Shown here in pieces: positions 11,822 to 22,199 of a stretch of DNA of 64,000 bases; position 1 is the stretch's first letter, and every line of letters starts with the position of its first letter. Below the pieces are notes generated by a model. That model searched no databases. It saw nothing but the letters and a program-made list of their open reading frames with translations, and was not told the DNA's origin. The stretch lies in assembly GCA_963730485.1 (NCBI GenBank), contig CAVSRY010000009.1, positions 9,214 to 73,213 of the forward strand, given 5' to 3'. Origin of the DNA: an uncultured Acidobacteriota bacterium (lineage in GTDB: Bacteria; Acidobacteriota; Vicinamibacteria; Vicinamibacterales; SCN-69-37). A program made the position numbers and the translations under genes.

Positions 11822-12675
11822 ATGACCGGATTTCGAACGTTCATCGGCGGACTGGCGGCCGCCGTCTTGGCGGTGACGGCTGGCGTTCGCGCACCATTTC
11901 CCGACGGCGTTCTTGCCGCCCAGGCGCCGGCAACTGCGACGCCCGCGGCCCAGTCCACGCTGCCAGCCCGCGCTCGTCGGGTGCCCCGAGCTCTCCGCGG
12001 CGCTCCGGGGCGTCGCGGCCAACGACGCGCGCCTTCGCGACTTCTCGCAGCTCAACCGGTACCGTGACGCGAACCGCACCGTCGGATCGGTCGACGTGGT
12101 GTTCATGGGCGATTCGATCACGGACGTGTGGCCGCAGGAGCGATTCGGTGCGTTCTTCCCGGGCAAGCGCTACGTGAGCCGTGGCATCAGCGGGCAGACC
12201 ACGCCGCAGATGCTCGTGCGCATGCGGCCCGATGTGATCAACCTGAAGCCGAAGGCGGTCGTGATCCTCGGCGGGCACGAACGACATCGCCGGCAACACC
12301 GGCCCGATGACCGACGAAGACATCCAGAACAACCTGATGTCGATGAGCGAGATCGCGGCGGCAAGCGGCATCAAGGTCGTCCTGTCGAGCGTCCTGCCGA
12401 CGAGCAACTATCACGTCGCGGCGAACGGCGTGCCGCAGACGACGCTGCGCCCGATGGCGCGGATCAAGGCGCTGAACGACTGGATGCGGCAGTACGCGCA
12501 GGCGCGCGGCCACATCTATCTCGACTACGTGCCGGCGATGGTCGACAGCACCGGGTTGATGAAGTCGGAGCTCACGAACGACGACCTGCACCCGAACGCC
12601 GCCGGATACGCGATCATGGCGCCGTTGGCGCAGGCGGCGATTGATCGGATCAGACGGTTCGTCGAAGTGATCTGA
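11822..12675 (+). CDS. SGNH/GDSL-family hydrolase, secreted (2 frame breaks)
   Basis: AGGAGGG lies 4 nt upstream of ATG 11822. Signal peptide MTGFRTFIGGLAAAVLAVTAG. VVFMGDSITDVW (block I GDS). Removing one extra G near 12273 restores LGGTNDIAGNTGPMTDED (block III). ...DDLHPNAAGY (block V DxxH). Confidence 0.8.
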
Positions 12676-12719
12676 GTTAGCATCGATGCCGTTGACTGAC
12701 TGGACCTTCTCGACCGATA

Positions 12720-13150
12720 CTACGCTTCTGAGCTCGCTGTTCGAGGTCGCGCCAGCGCAGCGCGCGCCTTCATCGGGCCGGAAATCAACGCGGCCGGGGC
12801 GAGCACGGGACGCGTGACGTCGCCGACGCTGCGGATGCGCACGCGCGAGCCGCCGGCCGATCGCTGGATGTCGTAGCGGACGGTGCCGGAGAACGGCCCT
12901 TCGATGATTCGAAGGGCGAGCACATGCGGAAAGTGGACCGCCTCGACCTCGGTGGTCCACGCGAGCTCCTGACCGAGAAACGCGCCGACGCGCCTGACGC
13001 GCGCGCCGGGCTCGAGCGCCGGGTCCACGAGCTCGACACCGGTGACCGCCTTCACCCAATCCGGCTCGCGCTCGGGATCGAACATGACGCCCGCGATGTC
13101 CGCGGGCGACGCGGCAATCTCGATTTCGGCAGAAACGTCGATCTGAAGCC
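12720..13150 (-). CDS. SRPBCC (polyketide cyclase/dehydrase-like) family protein; start not resolved
   Basis: ...IDVSAEIEIAASPADIAGVMFDPEREPDWVKAVTGVELV...FSGTVRYDIQRSAGGSRVRIR... lies in the 3' part of ORF 12720-13559. There is no canonical start near the expected N-terminus. Confidence 0.5.
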
Positions 13151-13186
13151 GATTCGTCCTGCGAAAAGAATGACGAACGTCAGCTC

Positions 13187-13230
13187 GTTCCTCGGACCTG
13201 TCTGTACCTGTCGCACCTGTCGTACCCGTG
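13187..13230. repeat. dispersed repeat, GTTCC-GGACC-(CCTGTCG)n type, single copy orientation
   Basis: gttcctcggacctgtctgtacctgtcgcacctgtcgtacccgtg aligns by eye with 26859-26900 and with the right arm of the 5306-5470 inverted repeat. Confidence 0.7.
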
Positions 13231-13233
13231 ATC

Positions 13234-14647
<1,414 letters not shown>

Positions 14648-14669
14648 CGGGCTGAATGGAACGGTCCGG

Positions 14670-14948
14670 TCAGCGCTTGGCGGCCGGATGCGGATGGTGC
14701 ACCACGGCGGAACGGGCGCCGCAACGCACGGTGATGTCGAAACCCGCGGGCTTGGCCGTGCAGGCGAGATCGATCGCCTCGGAGGGCGCGGCGCCCAGCC
14801 CATCGATGGCCGCGGCCAGCGCCGTCGCCAGCGTGTCTCGCTCGGTCTCCGGAATGCCGGCGAGGTCGACGTATCGCCCCACCACATCGTTCGCCAACCC
14901 GCGAAACCGCGGATCGGCCGGCACTCGAAGTGTGAACTCAGAAGACAT
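14670..14948 (-). CDS. hypothetical 92-aa protein between ribF and cysS
   Basis: ATG 14948: MSSEFTLRVPADPRFRGLANDVVGRYVDLAGIPETERDTLATALAAAIDGL...FDITVRCGARSAVVHHP. It is intact and in the same orientation as its neighbours. It faintly resembles the N-terminal half of RsbW/SpoIIAB-type HATPase proteins but has no ATP-binding motifs. Confidence 0.4.
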   Translation of the reverse strand: MSSEFTLRVPADPRFRGLANDVVGRYVDLAGIPETERDTLATALAAAIDGLGAAPSEAIDLACTAKPAGFDITVRCGARSAVVHHPHPAAKR

Positions 14949-15010
14949 CGGCCGGACGATTCTAGCAGTTCGGGGTCCGTCGTCAGGGCGTCGGGGTCGG
15001 GCCCACGTCG

Positions 15011-15953
15011 TCAAATCGCCATCTGGCCGAAGAGCGCGTCGGCGTCGGCGCAGTCGCGAGCAATCTGGGCGCGCAAGGCGTCCAGACCGTCGAAGCGCAC
15101 CTCGGGTCGCAGCCATTTCACGAAGGCCAGCCGGATGTCTTTCCCGTAGAGGTCGTAGACCCCGTCGAGCAGATGCGTTTCGATGGTGACCGGTCCCTCC
15201 CCGATCGTCGGGCCGAACGCCGATGCTCGTCACCGCGCGGTGCCACGTATCATCGATGACGACCATCGTCACGTAGATGCCGTGCGCCGGCACGAGCTCG
15301 TTCGCCGTCTCGAGGTTCGCCGTGGGAAAGCCCAGGGTCCGGCCGCGGCCGTCGCCGTGCATCACGCGACCGTCCACGAAATAGTGGTGCCCGAGAAGGG
15401 CGCCGGCTTCGTCCACGCGCCCCTCGGCCAGCAGGTGTCGAATCCGCGTGCTCGACACCACGAAGTCCTTGTATCGAACGGGCTCGATCTTCTCGACGCG
15501 GAAGCCCCGGTCTTCGCCGAGCGCACGAAGCAGCGTGAACGTGCCGGAACGGTCCCGGCCGAACAGGAAGTTCGTCCCGACCCAGACTTCCGCCGCGCCA
15601 ATCCAGTCCACGAGCACCGTCTCGACAAACAGCTCCGGCTCCCATCGCGAGAGCTCCTTCGTGAAGCGGACGATGGCGACCGCATCGAGACCGGCGCGCT
15701 CGAACGCCTCGAGCTTCTGATCGAGCGTCATCAGAAGCGGCGGCGCCTTGTCCGCGCGCAGCACACGGGGTGGATGGGGATCGAAGATCATCGCGACCGA
15801 GGTGCCGCGACACTCACGAGCTTCGCGGCGCACTTCGTCCACGAGCTTCTGGTGGCCACGATGGAGACCATCAAAATTGCCGAGCGCGACGACCGGATGC
15901 GGCCACCTGGGCCGCTGATCGTCGGGGAAAGACACGACCTGCATCGGGGACAT
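15011..15953 (-). CDS. ribF: bifunctional riboflavin kinase / FMN adenylyltransferase (frame break ~15205)
   Basis: VVALGNFDGLHRGHQKLV...FDPHP...; GHHYFVDGRVMHGDGRGRTLGFPTANL. The C-terminus IETHLLDGVYDLYGKDIRLAFVKWLRPEVRFDGLDALRAQIARD...LFGQMAI* is in another frame, with its stop at 15011. Confidence 0.9.
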
Positions 15954-15962
15954 GGTACGACA

Positions 15963-16091
15963 GGGTTCCACGGTTCCAGGTTCCAGGTTCCAGGGTTCTG
16001 GTTCAGGGTTCAACGTTCTGGGTTCAGTGTCCTCGCGCGTGAACCGTGAACCGGGAACCGTGGAACCCTGGAACCCTGGAACCCTGGAACC
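15963..16091. repeat. heptad-repeat hairpin, word GGTTCCA / TGGAACC
   Basis: The left arm 15963-16027 has about 9 units (gggttcca cggttcca ggttcca ggttcca gggttct ggttcag ...). The loop is tgtcctcgcgcg. The right arm 16040-16091 has about 7 units (tgaaccg tgaaccg ggaaccg tggaaccc x3 tggaaccg). Confidence 0.9.
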
Positions 16092-16097
16092 GCTACG

Positions 16098-16874
16098 TCA
16101 CTTCAATCGAGAGCCCGTCGTACGCCAGCGCCATGCCCGGCGGCAGTTCGGCGGACGTCAGCGGCATGACCCAGGTCGTGTGCGATGTGCGTGAAGTAGG
16201 TCTGCCGCGCGCCAATCTCACCCGCCGTGGTGATGGCTTCGGCCAGCGTGAAGTGCGTCGGGTGCGGCCGGCGCCGCAGCGCGTCGAGCACGAGCACGTC
16301 GAGGTCCCTCGAGCAGCGGTCGCGAGGATGCGGGCACGTCGTTGCAGTCGGTGAGGTACGCGAACCGCCCAAAGCGAAACCCGAGAATCTGCCAGCGGCC
16401 GTGCCGAATTGGCACAGGCACGATCCCGGCCGCGCCCAACTGGAACGGACCGTCGATGGTCCTGAGATCGAGCTGCGGCACACCGCCGCCGGCCGGCGCA
16501 CCGGCGTCGAACGCGTAATCGAACGTCCGGCGGATAGCGTCGAGCGTCCGGGCATCGGCGTACAGCGGCATCGACCGGCGGGTCATGTGATTGAAGCGAC
16601 GGATCTCGTCGAGCCCCATGATGTGATCGGCATGGGCGTGCGTCACGATGAGCGCGTCCACGCGCCGGATGTCGTGCGCGAGCGCCTGCGACCGCAGGTC
16701 CGGAGTCGCGTCCACCAGGACGCGTGTATCGTCATCGAGCTCGAGGTAGAGGGACGGGCGGAAACGCGTGTCGCGAGGATCGGTGGAACGGCAGACGTCG
16801 CAGTCGCAGCCGATCATGGGCACGCCGTGCGACGTGCCGGTGCCGAGGAACAGAACACGCACGAACGTTCGCAT
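16098..16874 (-). CDS. MBL-fold metallo-hydrolase (PhnP/phosphodiesterase-like); 2 frame breaks
   Basis: MRTFVRVLFLGTGTSHGVPMIGCDCDVC...ALIVTHAHADHIMGLDE (HxHxDH) ...FAYLTDCN...THFTLAEA.... The C-terminus ...TSAELPPGMALAYDGLSIEV* has its stop at 16098. Confidence 0.7.
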
Positions 16875-17824
16875 GCTAGCATGGCCGCCCGCATGCCTCG
16901 CCGGCGCTCCGCGCACGCGATCGACACCGCCGACGCGTCGCGGCGAAGGCGCCCGCGCGGGCGCGGCCTTCGCGCGTCTCGTCGAAATCATGGCGACGCT
17001 GCGTTCGCCGCACGGCTGCCCGTGGGATCGGCGGCAGACACATCGCAGCCTTCGGCCGTACCTGCTCGAGGAGACGTACGAGGCACTCGACGCGATCGAA
17101 CGCCGGGACTTCGCGGCCCTGCGTGACGAACTTGGAGACGTGCTGTTCCAGGTCGTGTTTCACTCCGAGGTCGCGGCTGCAGCCGGGCGCTTCGAAGTCG
17201 CAGACGTGATCCGCCAGGTGACGTCGAAGCTGATTCGACGGCACCCGCACGTCTTCACGGCCTGCGGGCGTCCCGCTCGGCCGGAGCACGCTTCGCTCGC
17301 CCAAACGCGTGCTCGAGGAGTGGGAACGGATCAAAGCCAGAGAGCAGTCCGCCGCGAAGGCGCGCGTGGGCCTGCTCGCCGGCGTGCCGCGCTCGCTGCC
17401 GGCCCTTCTCCGCGCGCACAAGATCGGCAAGCGAGCGGCGACGGTGGGCTTCGATTGGCCGCACGCGGCGGCCGTCATGGACAAAATCGAGGAGGAAGTC
17501 CGCGAACTTCGAGACGCGTTGTCGGAAGGACGCGCGCGCACCGCGGAGGAGCTCGGCGATCTGCTCTTCGCGCTGGCGAACCTCGCGCGAAAACTCGGCG
17601 TTGAGCCCGAAGCCGCCCTGACCGGCGCAAACGACAAGTTCACGCGCCGGTTTCACGACGTCGAACGGCTGCTCACCCGTCAGGGCCGCAGCGTGCACGA
17701 CGCGACCGCGGAGGAATTGGACGCGGCGTGGAACGAGGTCAAGCGTGCGTCCGCCACACGCGCATCGTCCAGGCCCGCCCGCGCATCGAGCGCACGGTCA
17801 GCGACCGCCCGTCGGTCTCGATGA
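16873..17824 (+). CDS. mazG: nucleoside triphosphate pyrophosphohydrolase MazG (frame break ~17300; exact start and stop uncertain)
   Basis: FARLVEIMATLRSPHGCPWDRRQTHRSLRPYLLEETYEALDAIE...LGDVLFQVVFHS. The second MazG domain reads ...FDWPHAAAVMDKIEEEVRELRDAL...ELGDLLFALANLARKLG. Confidence 0.85.
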
Positions 17825-20177
17825 CCGCCGCGCCATCGCGGTCGGTCCGAAACACCCGGGCGCCGATGGCGCCGAGCCGTTCGACGACCTCCGGGGCCGG
17901 GTGACCGAAGGGGTTGGCCCGTCCCGCGCTGATGAGCGCAACCTGCGGAGCGAACCTCTCGATGAACCCGGCGGACGACGACGTGCGGCTGCCGTGGTGG
18001 GCGACTTTCAGGATTCGAAGAGGCGCGCGGTCCTCCGTCAAGCGATTGGCCGCGAGGACGCGCTCGGTCTCCGCGCCGACGTCGCCGGTGAGAAGGAGCT
18101 CCACATCGCCGTAGCGCAATCGCAGGACAAGGGAGTCTTCGTTCCGCACACGCTGCCGCTCCCAGTCCGGCAGCGGCGGGTTCAGCACCTCGATCGATCA
18201 CGTCATCGATCCGCAGGCGATCGTGGCGTTGCAACTCGCGCCAGACGGGCGATGCTTGCATGAGGCGCCGCCGCTCTGCTTCTCTCGGCACGGGAACACC
18301 TTCCCAGATCTCTCGAGGCTTGAACGTGGACGCCACGGCTGCGGCGCCGCCGATGTGATCGAGGTCCGCGTGAGTGATCGCGAGCCAATCGAGACGGCGA
18401 ACACCGCTGGCCCAGAGGGCCGGACTGACGATTCGATCACCGGTGTCGAACCGGGCGCCCGCGCCTCCTGCGTCGACGAGCAGCGATTGCCCGCCGGGGA
18501 ATTGCACGAGAATGGCGTCCCCCTGGCCCACGTCCACCATCGTCACTCGAAGCCATCCAGCCGGTGGTTGCTTCAGCGCGGTCGCCGGCTCGAACGCCAC
18601 GACGAACACCATGACGGCAAACGCGACTCCAGCCGCACGGCGGGACGTGCTTCGTGAGGCCGCAATCCACGCAAGGCCCGTCAGGTAGAAAGCGGCTACG
18701 GAAACTCCCGCCGGCGGCGGCACGCGCCACGACAGCCAGGGCGCGATGTCGACGAGCGTCGAGGATCCGAGCAGCACGCCCGTCGCAGTCCGAGCGACGG
18801 CGCCTGCCAGCCCCGCTCCGCTCTCCCACACGCCAAGCACGCTGATTCCGACGATGCCCGCGACCTGCACGATGGCAATCATCGGAATCGCGACAATGTT
18901 CAGGACAAACCCTGCGATACCAACCCGGTTGAACAGCGTCGCCGCGACGGGCAAGAGCGTGAGTTCAGCGGCGAGTGTCGCGCCACACAGTCCGACGAGC
19001 CATCGGCGTCCCAACGCGGGCGTGGTCAGTCCCGGCCAGCGCGCGTCGTGCCAGGCCACAATCCGGCCGGCGCCGACGATGATGCCGAACGTCGCGCCGA
19101 AGCTCAGCCACGCGCCCGCGTCGATGACGGTGAGCGGGTCGGCCAGCGTCACGATGACCGCCACGACCGCCAGGACGTTCAGAGCCGGCGGCACCAGGCC
19201 GATCGACGCCGATCGCCAGGTACACCAGCGCGACCGCGACAGCCCGCGTCACGGACGGATCGCCGCCGACGATCCACCCGTACGCGACGACGCTGGCCAT
19301 CGTGAGGCCGGAGATGAGACGAGCCGATCGCACGACGAGTCGCAGGCCGAGATAGATGCCAGCCGTCAGCAGCGCGACGTTGCCGCCGGAGATCGCAATC
19401 ACGTGATACGTGCCGGCGACCTGCAAGCGACGCTCGAGTGGATTGTCGAGCCACGACCGGTCGCCGATCAGAATAGCGACGACGACGGCGCCGGTGGGAT
19501 CGTCTGGATCCGGAAAGAGGCTGGCGACCCGTTGGCGCACGCGCGCGCGCACCGCCGCGGCCCACTCGTCCCACCATCGCCCCGGCGCGACGTGAACGAC
19601 GAGTGCGCTCTTGACGCTACCCGTGAGCACGAACGGGCGACGGAGTACTTGCCACCGCTCAGATGGGCCACCAGGATTCAGCCATACCTGTGGCTGTCGG
19701 AGCGTCATCGGCGCGCGAATGGAACGGCCGGCGGTCCAGTCACGTATCAATCCGGCGGCAAGGTCGCCGCCGACATATGCCTGAATGCGTCCGCCGACAA
19801 CATGAGACCCGCGGTCGTCGTCGATGCTGTGGACATCGATGAGCAAACGAACTCCGGGATCGATCGCGGTCGCGTCGTCGACGAGCCGCCCGTTCACGAT
19901 GACCGATGGTCGTCGCGGATCGGCTTCCGTTCCGCTCCAGAGCGCGAGTGGCGCGTGGAGCACGCGGTCGCGCGCGGTCGCACCGTGCGCCATCGATGCC
20001 AGGACTGCGGCAGCGACGACAAATGCAGGACGCCAGCAAGCGCGCCGGCACGACAGCGGCCAGGCTCGCGATCGCCAGGGCCGCCGATAGGCACGCTGCG
20101 GCGGAGGGTTCGGGCCGAACCACACCACACGCGACGCCCGACAGGACGGCGACGGCCAGCACCAGCCCGATCTTCAC
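17739..20177 (-). CDS. comEC: DNA internalization-related competence protein ComEC/Rec2 (at least 3 frame breaks)
   Basis: The competence domain reads ...LQVAGTYHVIAISGGNVALLTAGIY.... The C-terminal MBL domain reads VTMVDVGQGDAILVQFPGGQSLLVDAGG...ITHADLDHIGG...KVAHHGSRTSS. Assembled from ORFs 19740-20177, 18965-20128, 17680-19194 and 17739-18188. Confidence 0.85.
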
Positions 20178-20396
20178 GCCACTGCACTCCGTGCAAGAGC
20201 CAGGCTCACGCCGATCGGCCTGGGCTCACGCTCCTGACGCGATCGGCCGAAAACTCTGTGGAGATTCCGCAAATCTTGGCTGGCAGTTTCTGCAAGGCGG
20301 CTGGCGGGGCGGGTGTATCCTTACGTGTATTCTCGAATCGGCCTGATCGGACGGGCGGTCAGTGCCGAGAGATGCAATCCATTGAAAGGGGAGATT

Positions 20397-21167
20397 ATGC
20401 GTTCAGGTGTGAGCCGGGTTGTGTACGCATCGTTGGCGGCGTTCGGTCTATCCCTCGTCCTGTCGGGTTCTGCACAAGCCCAGTCGGCCCTGCCGACCGG
20501 TGAACAGTCTGTAGCCTCTACCGCGATGAACCTCGACTACGACGCGGCCGTGGCGAACATCGCGCCGAAAGCACGGACCGGCGCGAGCTTCCTTCGCCAA
20601 GTCCAGGCCGTCCAGGTCAACGACAACGAGGATCGGGCATTGCCGTCGGCGTGCTCGGCATGCTCACCTGGCCGTCCATCGACATCATTGATGAGTCCGA
20701 CGATCACATCAAGAGCCGCACGGGCTGGGGCGTTGGTGGGTGGATTGGCGGCAACCGCAATGGCCGCGTCGGCTTCGTCGGAGAGTTCATCTATGGCGTC
20801 CGAAAGGCGACATCCAAGGAAGAGGGCGAAGAGGACTTCGACGTTGATTTCGAGATCTTCCAGATCGCCGCGCCGTTTCATATCAACTTCGGGATTCCGC
20901 AGCCGCAACAGCGTAGGCGGGTATATCGTCGTCGGGCCGTCGTTCACCTTCAACCTCGGCCAGAAAGGCAACGGCGTGGACTTTCCGAGCGCCGACGAGT
21001 TCGGCGGCGTCGACATCGGAATCATCGGTGGAGCGGGCATCGAGTTCTACCGCGTCGCTATTGAGGGTCGCGGCAACTGGGGACTGAACGAGATTTCGGA
21101 CGAGGGCGACTTCGAGAAGATCAAGACGACCACATTCGAACTGCTCTTCAAGTTTGCATTCAACTAA
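20397..21167 (+). CDS. outer-membrane beta-barrel protein (OmpA-N/porin-family-like); 2 frame breaks
   Basis: aaaggggag lies upstream of ATG 20397. Signal peptide MRSGVSRVVYASLAAFGLSLVLSGSAQAQ. ...GWGVGGWIGGN...VGFVGEFIY...IGIIGGAGIEFYR...TFELLFKFAFN*. Confidence 0.55.
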   Translation: MRSGVSRVVYASLAAFGLSLVLSGSAQAQSALPTGEQSVASTAMNLDYDAAVANIAPKARTGASFLRQVQAVQVNDNEDRALPSACSACSPGRPSTSLMSPTITSRAARAGALVGGLAATAMAASASSESSSMASERRHPRKRAKRTSTLISRSSRSPRRFISTSGFRSRNSVGGYIVVGPSFTFNLGQKGNGVDFPSADEFGGVDIGIIGGAGIEFYRVAIEGRGNWGLNEISDEGDFEKIKTTTFELLFKFAFN

Positions 21168-21193
21168 GGCTTAGGGCTCAAGGCTTAGGGCCC
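21166..21193. repeat. 14-nt (2 x 7) direct tandem repeat
   Basis: aaggcttagggctc aaggcttagggccc, immediately after the OMP stop codon. Confidence 0.7.
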
Positions 21194-21206
21194 GGGCCAG
21201 TACGTC

Positions 21207-21241
21207 GAGGGGCCGACCGTCAGGTCGGCCCCTTTTCTTTT
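21207..21241 (+). terminator. Rho-independent terminator
   Basis: gaggggccgacc gtca ggtcggcccc followed by ttttctttt. Confidence 0.85.
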
Positions 21242-21247
21242 CCAGCC

Positions 21248-21647
21248 TCAGTCGTCGTCTGGACGACGCGCGCGGTGCTTCTTCGCGGCGCCGCGGTGTT
21301 TCTTCTCAGTCAATCGACGCTCGCGCGCGGCAGTCGTCGGCTTGGTCGGCCTGACGCCGGCGCGGACGTCTGCTCGCGCTCTGAATGAGCGCGTCGAGCC
21401 GCGCCCGCGCCGCCTCCCTATTTGCCGCCTGCGTCCGGTGCTCGCGCGCCTGCACGATGAGCACGTCGTCGGTCGTCATCCGGCTCCCCGCCAGCTGCCG
21501 AAGACGCGCTTTCACGTCGTCCGCCAGCGTCGACCGCGCCACGTCGTAGCGCAACTCCACGGCCGTCGACACCTTGTTGACGTTCTGGCCGCCCGGGCCG
21601 GAGGAGCGGATGAAGTGTTCCGTAATGAGAGAGGCGTCGGTAGCCAT
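21248..21647 (-). CDS. arfB: alternative ribosome-rescue factor ArfB (peptidyl-tRNA hydrolase, GGQ); frame break ~21360
   Basis: MATDASLITEHFIRSSGPGGQNVNKVSTAVELRYDV.... The basic tail RPTKPTTAARERRLTEKKHRGAAKKHRARRPDDD* is recovered in another frame, with its stop at 21248. Confidence 0.85.
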
Positions 21648-21685
21648 TTGCTATTGATTATTGGCAATTTGCTATTTGCGGATTG
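21648..21685. repeat. left terminal inverted repeat (TTGCTAT-type heptads) of the four-helix-bundle cassette
   Basis: The reverse complement of ttgctattgattattggcaatttgctatttgcggattg matches 22208-22245 at 33/38 positions without gaps (hand alignment). The heptad array continues to about 21710. Confidence 0.8.
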
Positions 21686-21807
21686 AACATTTTGACATTT
21701 GTTATTGCGGGGAGTGGCAGGAATTGGAAGCGATTCCTCGTTTCGGCAAGGTTCTCAGCTACCGTCTGCTGCCATGACATGGCAAGAGGCTTGCTCCGCT
21801 GACCGTC

Positions 21808-22199
21808 GTGAATGCACAGGAACTCCGAGATCGATCGGCAACGTATGCCGCTGCAGTGTCGCGGTTCTCTCGGCCTCTGCTGACTTCACTAGCCAGCCGT
21901 GATGCCGCGTTGCCAGGTGTCCCGCGCCGCAGCCTCGGCCGCGGCAAACTATCGCTCCGCATGTGTTGCCAGGTCGCATGCCGAGTTCCGCGCCAAGCTC
22001 GGCATCGCGCTCGAAGAATGTGACGAGAGCCTCTATTGGCTGGAATTTCTCAGGGACTCAGAACTGTCAAACGGAGACGGACTCGCCAAGCTGCTCAAGG
22101 AAGGAAAGCGAACTCGCGAAGATACTGGCCGCCTCGAAGCGAACTAGTGCGCGGCGTGCACAAGCGGCGAGACGGTTTCGCCCTCGCAATAGCCAATGA
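21808..22199 (+). CDS. four-helix-bundle protein (23S rRNA intervening-sequence protein family, TIGR02436-like); 2 frame breaks
   Basis: ...AQELRDRSATYAAAVSRFSRPLL... / ...QVSRAAASAAANYRSACVARSHAEFRAKLGIALEECDESLYWLEFLRDSEL... / ...ELAKILAASKRT.... These are the family's characteristic ANYRAA..ArS..EF..KlgI..EE.DEs.yWLe pattern. Assembled from ORFs 21808-, 21899- and 21963-22199. Confidence 0.75.

Noticed and set aside
15963-16091. Possible CRISPR array (regular short repeats)
   Set aside because: The period is 7-8 nt with no spacers, the two halves are reverse complements of each other, and no cas genes are present. It is a tandem-repeat hairpin, not CRISPR.
16872-16875. Divergent MBL-fold and mazG genes apparently sharing overlapping start codons in GCATGC
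   Set aside because: The mazG start is not secure: the N-terminal extension is unconserved-looking and frame errors are frequent here. I do not treat the overlap as meaningful.
17739-17824. About 85-nt convergent overlap of mazG and comEC 3' ends as an antisense regulatory arrangement
   Set aside because: The mazG C-terminal tail (..ASATRASSRPARASSARS..) looks like non-coding read-through, and the true stop is probably missing because of an indel.
18746-20503. 585-aa plus-strand ORF
   Set aside because: It runs antisense to comEC, has a Pro/Arg/Ser/Thr-rich low-complexity sequence and shows no motifs. It is a shadow ORF.
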